Assembly: GCA_950097015.1 (NCBI GenBank)
Contig: CATNEN010000011.1
Span: forward strand, 1,364,001-1,428,000
From: Macrostomum hystrix
Lineage: Eukaryota > Animalia > Platyhelminthes
Direction of reading: 5' to 3'
Length of the DNA: 64,000 bases
Part shown: positions 56,501 through 62,624 of the stretch, piece by piece
Position numbering within the stretch: position 1 is the first letter of the stretch
Layout of the letters: the number at the start of each line of letters is the position of its first letter
Notes under the pieces: generated by a model
The model's database searches: none
What the model was told of the DNA's origin: nothing
The model's input: the letters and a program-made list of their open reading frames with translations, nothing else
Made by a program: the position numbers and the translations under genes

Positions 56501-58491
56501 TCGTCGTTAGATTTTTCTGGATTATTAGACTTAGTCTTATTCTTTCGTGATTTTTTATTTGCGTCAGCAGGGTTCACCTCACTAGATGAAGCATTGCTCT
56601 CAGGAAGGTTCTTGCTAGCTTCTTCAATGGAGTCGACCTTTTTTGTATTCTCTTTCAACTTTTTCTCTTCCTTCTTCGACTTCATCAGCGACTTTCGTTT
56701 TTGCTTTCGGAGCTTCTTTTCGGAGAACGGCGCTTTACTGGGATCGAGAGCTGTTGCTTCATCTTTACCAGCTTCGCTTTCGCCTGACTTCGGCTTAGTT
56801 GATATCTCTTCAACTTCTTCGCGATTCTCACTGGTCACTGGCGAACCGCGCCTTTTCAGCTCAGAATTCTGGCCCTCATTGAGTGCTTTCTCAAGATTCT
56901 CATCAGCTTCTTTTACTGAGCTGCTCTGACTGCTAGTTGAGATCGCTTCAATTTCTTTGCGTTTCTCGCTCATCACCGGCAAAACGCGTGCTTTACGCTC
57001 AGATTCTTCAAGCTTCTCATTAGTTTCTTCATCTGAGCTACTTTCAGTTGCAGTCTCAAAGTTGTCAGAAGACTGGCTTTCTTCAGCACTATCAGCACTT
57101 TCACATTCGTGTATGGCAGTAGTAAGGTTCGCCTGATTCGCGTTTGGATCACATTCAGAAGTTTCTACTGTTTTATCCTTGGAATCATGGTTTTCAGCAG
57201 AGCCGCTTCGAAAAATCGCAGGATCGCTCGCTTCTGCTTTTGGCACGTTGTCTCTATTTGCGCAAACATCAGGCTCGGCGTCTTCCCGTACGGAATGAGC
57301 AGGCTGCGCAGTTTCCTGAACACCTTCTGGCTGTTGACTACTGGTTACAGTGCCATGGACATCAGTGTTTTTACCAGAGCAGGCATTTTTAACTTGCGCT
57401 CCTAATCCTTGATTGTCAATTAGGTTAGGGTTTTCGGTGTCCTTGGACTTTATTTCAGTAGTCTTAATCGGTGATTTACTAGCATTGTTTGATAAATCGG
57501 CATTGTTAGCTGAATTGTTAACTAGATTCTCATTTTCATTTAAACTGCCAATAGATTCATTCAGATCGAGATCTTGGACTGTAACTAGTTCTAGAAAATC
57601 CTCGCCATCATCTCCTTCGGCCTTATTAACTAATACAAGACTGTCCAAGTTTATTGACGGCATCACAGGCTCATCAGGAGGGTCCTCCGAGCGTTCCTGA
57701 TTTTGAGGAACACTTTGATCGGGCTCCTGCTGTTTCTCAATGACACAAACATCGGCGTCCAGCCTAGCCTTCTTGGCTACACCAGATTGCGTCGAGCTGC
57801 TGATAGCTGTCGACACCGATTCCGTCTCATCAGTTGATTCAGTTGTGGTTGCAACTGTCGCTTCCGGGTCATCTGAGAACGACGATTGGCGCTGCTCTTT
57901 GCTAGCCTCAAACTGTAAGCGAGATCGCTTCTCGGCTGGCTGACGATCTTCTTCCGATTCAGTTGCGCCTACTGCAGGCGCGCCAGTGGAACTGACGCTG
58001 CTGGCTGATTCTGGCGAAGATAACGCATTCGACTGGTGCTGTTTTTCTGCTTGTGCAGTAGCCTGATCAGTAGCCTGATGCTCAGAATGCTCAGAAACTG
58101 CCTGAAATTGAAGGAATTAAAATATAGGTGTACTTACATATATCTAAAAAGCATCTTAAAGGATTCTCACCTGTTCAGGAGACACTGATGCAGACGATGG
58201 CATCGTGTTGCACATATTGCAAAACACAAGGAAGTTTCCTTTAGAGCCACAATTGTCACAGAACTTTGCGGCTAAGCTTTCGCATTCTTCGGAGCAACCA
58301 ATGCAAGACTTGCGAAATCTATCAAATGAGTGTGGGCACTGCCTTGGTGGCTTGTTGCAGTCCAAGCATTTAATAGTGAAATTCTCTTGTCTACCACAGT
58401 CACTGCAGAATTTAGAACGAATATTTGGGCTCACATCTGAGCATCCCAGGCACCTTTTAGAAAGGTGACCTGGTGGGTGACCACAATTCAT
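2647..58491 (-). CDS. RNF213: RNF213/mysterin-like giant AAA+ ATPase-E3 ubiquitin ligase, complete, 42 coding exons (~16,758 nt, ~5585 aa)
   Basis: Motifs recognisable from vertebrate RNF213 occur in the right order: DLKTFFDLAMI, GSVEKSTL, LPRLEEVLLC, SGMGKS, DPDPSYELTLDNVKKMLAI, GETGCGKT, FFDE, VNTTSAVGLIKEIMCD, VSLREVE, LRENLFMMIVC, GKPGSSKSLAK, LDEIGLAEDSPSMPLKTLHPLLEDG, ISNWALDPAKMNRG, FFGLRDFFSLVK, RING, RZ finger, CTD. Hand-spliced exons (GT-AG, phases compatible): 58171-58491, 55675-58101, 55232-55518, 54247-54501, 53953-54163, 53349-53696, 53149-53259, 52951-53067, 51934-52135, 51540-51869, 49995-50796, 47863-48157, 44504-44832, 43602-43860, 42564-42833, 41565-42016, 40528-40918, 38940-39748, 37707-38052, 36691-37035, 34974-35372, 33739-34052, 33009-33335, 31702-32029, 30764-31138, 29631-30311, 28334-29027, 27986-28133, 26093-26807, 24999-25274, 24822-24925, 23367-23693, 12644-12880, 11974-12235, 10958-11203, 10160-10312, 7733-7997, 7626-7660, 6683-7195, 5515-6008, 4407-4769, 2647-3241 (TGA). 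Boundaries at 53696 and 42016 are the least certain. Confidence 0.93.
4846..5470. repeat. 24-bp minisatellite CCCAGATCCCAAGAATCTTAAAAT (intronic)
   Basis: Direct read; degenerate toward 5470. Confidence 0.9.
6090..6570. repeat. Degenerate ~18-bp repeat with CCTGAAGGTTCAG core
   Basis: Direct read. Confidence 0.75.
6683..7997 (-). CDS. RNF213: RNF213 RZ-finger exons (7733-7997, 35-nt micro-exon 7626-7660, 6683-7195)
   Basis: Spliced product reads TVYFCPNGHPYYIGNCGRPMELSNCPDCSAPIGGAQH, the RZ consensus CxNGH-x6-CGRPM-x4-CxxC-x2-IGG. The micro-exon has TTTTTTAG and GTAAGT boundaries and restores the phase. Confidence 0.9.
7290..7525. repeat. 20-bp repeat CCTGAAGGTTCAGGAGAAGA
   Basis: Direct read. 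Confidence 0.8.
8100..10035. repeat. ~61-bp dimeric minisatellite (30+31-bp subunits, GATGGG(G)ATTCCCC core)
   Basis: Direct read; period 61. Confidence 0.95.
10480..10920. repeat. 20/40-bp repeat (GAATTAACGGATGAATGAGT / AAATTAACGGATTCAGAGGT)
   Basis: Direct read. Confidence 0.85.
11500..11780. repeat. 23-bp repeat GTTAACTTTCGTTCACTGAATTC, with degenerate flanks from ~11215
   Basis: Direct read. Confidence 0.85.
12275..12620. repeat. 22-bp repeat GTTAACTTCCGTTAACTAGGTC
   Basis: Direct read. Confidence 0.9.
12961..13487. repeat. 24-bp repeat AGCTACTGTTCCATAGACTAGATA, interrupted by the transposon (resumes 22503-22545)
   Basis: Direct read. Confidence 0.93.
13488..13531 (+). repeat. Left terminal inverted repeat (44 bp)
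   Basis: Reverse complement of 22460-22502 with one substitution and one 1-bp indel. Confidence 0.95.
13532..13975 (+). repeat. Left subterminal array: ~52-bp unit x~6 plus degenerate copies, dense in GTGACC/GGTCAC
   Basis: Unit GTGACCGTATTTTGTGACCGTTATGTTCAGGGTCACCATGTGACCGTTCACT read directly. Confidence 0.9.
14247..17005 (+). pseudogene. Disrupted EnSpm/CMC-type DDE transposase: one gene split by an in-frame TAG and a frameshift
   Basis: ORFs 14247-14861 and 14889-16532 share a frame and are separated only by TAG (VLP*NAAFPQTRHMLDKLL). Motifs: CxxC zinc knuckle, CIDGFPLF, FILDAPQRAEVKCLRQFNAKYGCDSC, LGHLRGHELEAWL, TYNAHQV.EH, LLLGPL, FESMHG. The C-terminus (FEFGRVESI) continues in the -1 frame (track ORF 16529-17005). 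Confidence 0.88.
17593..18138 (+). CDS. Transposon accessory ORF of unknown function (~181 aa from ATG 17593), with 4x ENPVTLP repeat and a helical C-terminus
   Basis: GC-rich open frame inside the element with AT-rich flanks; no recognisable domain. Confidence 0.55.
   Translation: MSGNKPSDFISKNKWLSKSPSDQEMVRKSVGRPYQPRPPSGFQLECQEAAKKMQREIDKEREMIRIAGEAASRQCAKPFHGPWLSKRTPVTRGIPLFPSENPVTLPENPVTLPENPVTLPENPVTLPQTSATQEDDLQRIKKDLQDRCAAALMRAEKELEEAGLLLDELNEYSRPPSPIFE
19231..19761 (+). promoter_or_regulatory. Putative promoter, non-coding first exon and 5'UTR intron of the BEN gene
   Basis: Inverted CCAAT boxes (GCTGCTGATTGG 19240-19251 / CCAATCAGCAGC 19278-19289), GC-rich tract, TA-rich box near 19376-19386, donor AA|GTGAGT at 19544, acceptor TTTTGCAG at 19761, 18 nt before the ATG. 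Confidence 0.5.
19780..21522 (+). CDS. Transposon-encoded 580-aa protein: N-terminal beta-rich domain, CxxC-led coiled coil, C-terminal BEN domain, acidic tail
   Basis: MLRTLYRAVFSTEELTTRSYTGRKTKKDGPPPKPEVSKKKKFAIKAFI (~21070-21303) fits the BEN pattern R.L...FS.EEL...S..G....KP.L...K..AIK. Heptad region CQALRQEVLNL..IRELQCELE. Basic NLS-like stretches. Intact ORF. Confidence 0.8.
   Translation: MDAKKLRKSTATEQKSSSKNASNTMKKHVAFRAPIRKRKPASATAGASAASEGGGAAAADASVTAGASAATEGGGAAAADASVTAGASAATKNGAAAAPAGPGTSATGASATAGKKVSGGPTACRYWVFEYAPEDGGQLGIYADKCIVTDGSVDPSRLSVDDEVTTKPGKTSSGKAYRVRVCKGPYRTKAAAEAGASACQAVQRPAGINLPNSCTTCQALRQEVLNLRTAAELAQQTADGYRESQGRQIEELNHRLDDAEYERTAYKEKWEAAVIRIRELQCELEHAQSGVEHSRSEEGGAVAKYTVVLQDAFFSAIEVLQRAISTGISGMDVTVEDSTDVLGSSTAGGASAAASVGGVSAAASVPLLDDRELRAQIQLASAKQQKRAPETRALTARCPDVVVSAADYEQIKRAVSVYVKGGFSSTDGDKMLRTLYRAVFSTEELTTRSYTGRKTKKDGPPPKPEVSKKKKFAIKAFISGLKFPEEFPKKSYATIFKRTAFCAARKLKSPLKVTPSGRTGRNKGGWKEAGDEEGNGDLDSAKELDLDGGDVDAKEDDDSGDDDEAAASSDSSGNPSAEAK
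22195..22459 (-). repeat. Right subterminal array: inverted copy of the 52-bp unit x~3 plus degenerate copies
   Basis: CGGTCACAAAATATGGTCACAGTGAACGGTCACATGGTGACCCTGAACATAA is the reverse complement of the left unit. Confidence 0.9.
22460..22502 (-). repeat. Right terminal inverted repeat (43 bp)
   Basis: AACGGTCACAGCCCTTTTTTGTGACCATTTCGTTTTATACGGG, followed by the TAG TSD. Confidence 0.95.
22555..23340. repeat. 22-bp repeat GAACATCCGTTAACTATGTAGC/T
   Basis: Direct read; the same family recurs at 24030-24660. Confidence 0.95.
23367..23693 (-). CDS. RNF213: RNF213 RING-finger exon (variant: Asp at the His ligand position)
   Basis: CELC-x8-SCGDQLCGRC-x13-CPRC, followed by KFRQRCNAFLMDAV as in RNF213. 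Confidence 0.85.
23710..24660. repeat. Two adjacent 22-bp arrays: GTTAACTTGGTCGTTAACAAGC (23710-24015) and GAACATCCGTTAACTGTGTAGC (24030-24660)
   Basis: Direct read. Confidence 0.9.
25855..26078. repeat. GTGTACACAG(G)-type short repeat
   Basis: Direct read; a degenerate relative lies at ~42170-42430. Confidence 0.8.
26768..27720. repeat. ~475-bp tandem duplication including an RNF213 acceptor site and the first ~40 nt of the exon, plus a 22-bp CCCTAATCCCCACTCCGTCACT array
   Basis: 26768-27240 is repeated at 27247-27720 (GTGTCACTTTGCGCTTGAT..CTCCCTGGAAAGCGGATAAGC..). Confidence 0.9.
29085..29445. repeat. ~43-bp repeat with internal palindrome TCGATAATTATCGA
   Basis: Direct read. Confidence 0.85.
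30399..30655 (+). mobile_element. tRNA-derived SINE, family A copy, 5'-truncated at the B-box
   Basis: Begins GCTCGATTTCGCGGCGAGGCCACATTC; body matches the other copies. Confidence 0.7.
31702..33335 (-). CDS. RNF213: RNF213 AAA4 module exons (33009-33335, 31702-32029) with Walker A GKPGSSKS and Walker B VIILDE
   Basis: Near-identical to the human GKPGSSKSLAK and LDEVGLAEDSPKMPLKTLHPLLEDG segments. Confidence 0.93.
32110..32355 (-). mobile_element. tRNA-derived SINE, family A copy with internal deletions
   Basis: Same head and body as 38208-38555. Confidence 0.7.
32790..32990. repeat. 25-bp repeat TTCTTAGAAACCTTAGTTCCCCATA
   Basis: Direct read. Confidence 0.85.
33480..33715. repeat. 20-bp repeat AATTCTTAGAATCCATTCTG
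   Basis: Direct read. Confidence 0.9.
34160..34900. repeat. Compound array: ~23-25-bp GTAACA(CA)CCTGAATAATAG unit, then 22-bp GGGATTTAACACCAGAACAGTA
   Basis: Direct read. Confidence 0.9.
34974..37035 (-). CDS. RNF213: RNF213 AAA3 module exons (36691-37035, 34974-35372) with Walker A GETGCGKT and Walker B VLFFDE
   Basis: Canonical motifs read in translation. The two exons are separated by a 33-bp minisatellite intron. Confidence 0.92.
35436..36630. repeat. 33-bp minisatellite CTGTCAATCTGAGGATCTTATTAGGAGATGGAG x~36
   Basis: Direct read; explains the spurious 395/404-aa ORFs. Confidence 0.97.
37140..37630. repeat. ~23-bp repeat GACTATTTGAGCTCACATTGATA
   Basis: Direct read. Confidence 0.9.
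38208..38555 (+). mobile_element. tRNA-derived SINE, family A, near full length
   Basis: A-box TGGCAGAGCGGTTAA and B-box GAGCTCGATTCC, followed by a body shared with three other copies (GAGGGCCAACCTCCAAGGCAC..GTGTACACTGCCTGACG..GAAAGTCAG). Confidence 0.75.
38940..39748 (-). CDS. RNF213: RNF213 exon with the degenerate P-loop (VHSDRSGMGKSL), AAA2-equivalent
   Basis: Matches the human RAGVGKSL segment; AG/GT boundaries in frame. Confidence 0.85.
39940..40070. repeat. 19-bp repeat GTTTCTGTACATATTCACA
   Basis: Direct read. Confidence 0.9.
40436..40504 (-). pseudogene. tRNA-like sequence (tRNA pseudogene or family-B SINE head)
   Basis: GCTGTAGCCTAGTGGTTAGAGCGTCGGACTCGCCGCTTGAAGGTCGGGGGCTCGATTCCCGAC has A/B boxes but a poorly pairing anticodon arm. 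A related partial copy lies at ~38566-38622. Confidence 0.55.
42945..43268 (-). mobile_element. tRNA-derived SINE, family A copy
   Basis: Reverse complement shows TGGCAAAGCAGTCTAACGCG..AAGTTCGATTCC and the same body. Confidence 0.75.
43912..44445. repeat. 21-bp repeat GGAATCTAATGAGCAGTGACT
   Basis: Direct read. Confidence 0.95.
44880..47830. repeat. 35/36-bp minisatellite ACCAGTTGTAGATGGTATTGACTGACGGGTTGAAG(G/A), ~2.9 kb
   Basis: Direct read; explains the spurious 907/806-aa ORFs. Confidence 0.97.
48330..49925. repeat. 32-bp minisatellite GAGACACCTGAAGGTTCAGAGGATTAGAGAAA
   Basis: Direct read. Confidence 0.95.
50935..51400. repeat. 96-bp higher-order repeat of GGGATTAGGCCTTCTA-type subunits, followed by 23-bp GATTAGGCATTCTAATCAGGTGG units
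   Basis: Direct read; period 32 aa in the spurious ORF. Confidence 0.85.
52170..52862. repeat. 28-bp repeat ATAGACTGCTTAACTGGTCAATCTATAA
   Basis: Direct read. Confidence 0.92.
54705..54872. repeat. AAAGTAC/AAAGAC-type short repeat
   Basis: Direct read. Confidence 0.8.
55675..58101 (-). CDS. RNF213: RNF213 giant exon 2 (809 codons): acidic/Lys-rich low-complexity region followed by start of the N-arm
   Basis: Open frame from acceptor TTTCAG (58102) through track ORF 55654-57816 to donor GCT|GTAAGT. Phase 0 at both ends. Confidence 0.75.
58171..58491 (-). CDS. RNF213: RNF213 first coding exon: two tandem zinc-ribbon units
   Basis: ATG at 58491 just after a TTTCAG acceptor. CLGC..KFCSDCG and CIGC..KFCDNCG resemble the N-terminal CPSC..KFCSQCG of human RNF213. 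Donor CAG|GTGAGA at 58170. Confidence 0.8.
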
Positions 58492-60412
58492 ATCTGAAAT
58501 ATATTAGTTTTTTAGCTTCTGAACATATTCACTAATATTGCAAAATTAGTGAATTAGTGAACTAGTGAATTAGATTAGCAAAATCTAGTATTCACAAAAA
58601 TCAGAAAAAAAGAAAATATTTTTGTTTATGAAAATTTTATACATAAATTATACATGATTTTAACATGTCTATAACATCTCCAAAGTGAGACTTAAAGAGG
58701 GAAACAGGGTGATAATAAGAAATCTCTTCTATTAAAAATATATAAGCAAGGCACCTATTTAGTTCAATCTTCATTTGGCACTATCTTTACCTAGATAATC
58801 CATTTGGGTAAATTCTTGACCAGATTGTGCATTATTACCATCATTGATCATCAATATTTTCATGCCAACTGACATTAAGGGGACTTTTTTATCAGCTAAA
58901 TATTTTTCTATTGAGTTTGTGCCTACAATAAAATATACACTGGGCCCTTGACTTTGAGCCTCATCAATTTATTTCCATAGACATGGAAAGAAACTTTTGA
59001 GGGAATTCCACATGGGCTTAGTTATAGTTTTTTAATTGAAAGTGCATCTTTATCCAAATTCTAATCTAAATGTCTAGAACAATTTACAAACAGAATAAGA
59101 ATGCCAAAGTGTCATGTTAAATTATATTTTTGATTTTTGCTAACTCAAAACACAAAGTGATCAAATTAAATTAGATATTTTTAACTATGCCAAAACTTAA
59201 AACAGAAGTCAAGTTATTTTCAATAATATAATCGTTTTTATTTAATTATATAATATATAAAATTACTAAATACTACATTTTAGGTGGCATTTTTAGCTAT
59301 GTATTTAGCTTCGGCAAGCAGCAAGGCATACACGTTTGTCAATCATAAATTATGACCTCTTTTTCTAAACACTGAATGTGTATTAAAATAGAGGATGTGC
59401 ATCAGTTCTAAATATGTGACAAAATACACACAATAGTGTGATAATTCAAGTTTTAGATTTGTAAGCTAGAAGTTAGTTTCAGTCAGGTCTAGGACTAGTT
59501 TATATGAAATGTCCATTTTTAATATGTTAATTTTCTATAATAAAGATTCAGACTGGTACCTTGTTCGCGACTTCGTCTTAAACTAAAGTACACGCGGATG
59601 ATTCGCTGAAAACGAAAACTATTTAAACTTTCGATGAACTTTGCGCCAATTATTAAAACAAAACTTAACTACACATTTAAATATTTTCTGCAGCTTAAGA
59701 ATAACATAAATTTCGGGACAAAAATTGAAAAAAATTATAGAGTTTTGCATTTCTTTAGCACCAGTCCTTAAGACGCAACTGTGTAAATAAGTCTGGCATT
59801 ATACCACCAAACAGCAGTGTGAAGTGTATCATACTTCTGTAAGTTAGAAAAACTAAGTTAAGGCTGATTATTTCATTCATAAACTAAGTGTAAAGGCCTT
59901 TATATCTCAAACAATGTGCTTAAACCTTCGTACCATCTAAACAGCTTCAAAGGTTATTATTTTATAATCGATCGTCACGTCGACTTCACTAAGTTAGATC
60001 TCTAAAATACTAAATTTAGCAATAGCTAGGCCTAGAGTTATAACATACACACGTAGATATCAAGCGATGTAACAATGATTAGAAATAAGCATAGAGCTGG
60101 CTAAAGAGGTTGAGTGTCAGTAGGCTATTATATACCAATTCTGACACAGCGTCTTATCTTACAGAATTATTTTTGCAAGTCAATGGGTGCCACACCTTCT
60201 GACAGGTGAGCAGTAAGATGCAGTTCTGGCTGCAAAAAACTAAGCAGCAGCATCGCTGTTTTTGAAACAAAGCTAATTCAGTATCAGCTCTTTAGCAGCT
60301 CTGTATCAAATCAAATGCGAAATCAATTGCTTTTTAATAGCTTAGTTATGTTAATTGGTTTACCTACTAACCATCCAGGGTTTCTAATGCGCTTCATTTA
60401 CGATTACTGTAC

Positions 60413-60851
60413 GTGCGAAAAGCAGTTCGCGATGACGCTTAAATAGAGCATCAGTCAGGTGGACGCTGATTTCAAAACAGTGCGCCAATGATATTGCATC
60501 CAACGAGGCAAAATTTTCTAGCACTAGTCAAGAGAGATACTCCTTAAAATTTTGGTACGGTGGAGCAAAATGTATACTAGCTGTGCCAGTAAATCGGTCG
60601 CTTGTTTTACAGTCGTACGACTGAACACAAGTGTGCTCATGTTGAAACGATGTACTGTGTCTGTGTCTAACTCAGAGTAAATTCTAAGCTTAATTTCAAT
60701 TTAAGAGAAGAGATAATAAGTTTTTCTTGTAAGGTCTAGGTATTTTATAAGGCTAATGTGTCAGTTAGCTTTCTTGCCAGAGTCTAAATTGTGTCACCTC
60801 ACCATTGCTAACTTCAAATGATTGCCTACTTACATGCAGAGTAACTAGACC
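60413..60851 (-). pseudogene. Diverged duplicate of RNF213 segment 53567-53970 (exon 5 end, intron, exon 6 start) upstream of the gene
   Basis: Clear homology in the same orientation; GGA changed to TGA (EYLS*); 25 bp longer than the in-gene copy. Confidence 0.88.
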
Positions 60852-61253
60852 CTTTTAAGAGCACGACAATATGACAGTTATTTTTTGAGCAACCTAAAGA
60901 TTAACGATTCAAAATAAATTTAACTCTCAAAGTCATGGGCGTGTGAAAGAGTGTAATAAAAATCGAGTAAAAAATATGTTTATGATTTAATTTATATTTA
61001 ATTAAAGTGAAAATCATCGATTCTTTTTCACTCCGATAAGTTTGGAAAAAATCCGAATAGAAATGATTGACAATTTATAATATCTTTACATTAACAAATT
61101 TGATTTCTAACTGTTTCGCGAATAACAATCAACATTATTTTGATATCTGAATATAATGCACGAATACATTTCAATATGCGGTACATGCATAACCATAGCA
61201 CGAGCAATTATTAATGAATCAATTTATGAGCAATCCGCCATATAAAGTCCTAG

Positions 61254-61976
61254 CTAATTAAGCGATAGCCCGACATTAGCGCAGAGAACTTGATCACTGC
61301 CGGCTTTAACGTTGACGGACACCGTATAGTCGCCACTCTCTAGAAACTTCGGTATCTTCGAGGCGTCGACGGTGAAGGAGTAGCCAGGCAGAGTGAAGTT
61401 GCCAGCTGGGAAGGGGCACTTGCATGGTACACCAGCCTTTATAAACTCGGCAGGGCAAGAAGGTGGCGGTCGAGGAAAGGTGCACAGATTGGCATAGTCA
61501 CATGAGCCCACGTTGTCGACGCAAGGCAGCTTAATCCATGCTCCGAAAATTTTCTTTTTCATCTCGATGGAGCCAGCTAGCGGCTGTGTGTCCCCAAAGC
61601 TGTGCGTAGCTGTGATTGCAAAAGTGATAGTGATTTTTCCGCTCAGACTCACTGGGTCTGGTTGTACGCCTACAGAGTGAATTTTCACCCAAGTCGAAGG
61701 TGAACCGCAATCTGACCAGGATAAACCGAAAAGACGGCTGACCAACGGACGCGAAATTTTCATGGCCGGCATCAGCATTGACATCTGGACAACTGCTGGT
61801 TGTTGATCTGAGTCCGCGACCGCATTGGTGCGTGAAACTATGGCTGCTGCTGGGACTGACGGCCATACGAAAATTGCCATGAAGATAGCAACGATGAGTG
61901 CAGAATTAAGCATTTTGCTTACAGTAAGCGGAGATTGTAGCTGTAAAGGAATTGCTGAACAATATTGGTTTCGCAT
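61254..61976 (-). CDS. GM2A: Ganglioside GM2 activator-like ML (MD-2-related lipid recognition) protein, intronless; likely start ATG 61913 with signal peptide
   Basis: SWSDCG, VQPDPVSLSG, WIKLPCVDNVGSCDYANLC, GVPCKCPFPAGNFTLP, ESGDY, final VLCANV; hydrophobic N-terminus MLNSALIVAIFMAIF. Confidence 0.9.
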   Translation of the reverse strand: MRNQYCSAIPLQLQSPLTVSKMLNSALIVAIFMAIFVWPSVPAAAIVSRTNAVADSDQQPAVVQMSMLMPAMKISRPLVSRLFGLSWSDCGSPSTWVKIHSVGVQPDPVSLSGKITITFAITATHSFGDTQPLAGSIEMKKKIFGAWIKLPCVDNVGSCDYANLCTFPRPPPSCPAEFIKAGVPCKCPFPAGNFTLPGYSFTVDASKIPKFLESGDYTVSVNVKAGSDQVLCANVGLSLN

Positions 61977-62624
61977 GGGAATGACAGGAAGTGTTCATAT
62001 AGCAACTCGGACTAGCGCTGTCTTTCAGTTGGAATGAAAACTTTCAGGGGGTTTCAATCTCTGCATGCTCGCACGTACACATTTGCTATCTTAGCGAGTA
62101 TACACTTTAGAGCCCACTATTCTCTGTCCCTCTGAGTGTTGTCTGTTTTTGGGTGTACATTACAAGTTTCTTAAAAGGGACAGAAACAGAGAAGGACTGG
62201 TCAATAAAACGCACCCCTGGCGAAGGGTGGCACAAAATATTTTTAAATGCGCCCGCTTTAATTGCTAGCACAGATTCGATACTTTTATTGATAAGTAATC
62301 TTGTCTGTTTGTTTGCAATCAACTATCTCACGAACGGCTCAACCAATTTCCGTCGTTTCTTCACCAAAAGATGTAGAATGGGCAAGAATCGGTACACGTA
62401 TTTTTATGAGCTAAACTAAACAGTTTCAGGAAGGCTTTTTTGATGCAATGAATTATTCAGCTTGCGAACAGTTGCCAATTTTATTTATTGCGTCAGAGCC
62501 AGTTCTGTTAAACGAGCGCACCGATAAGTGATTATCTTGAGGCACGTCAACAACGCCGCGAGGGGCAGATAGGAAGGAATTTCTATTAACACACCGCTTG
62601 GAGAGAAGCAATAAAAAATTCCTT

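Noticed and set aside
59560-59650. Candidate non-coding first exon of RNF213 (AAG|GTACCA donor at 59559)
   Set aside because: Only a plausible donor site; it cannot be supported without transcript data.
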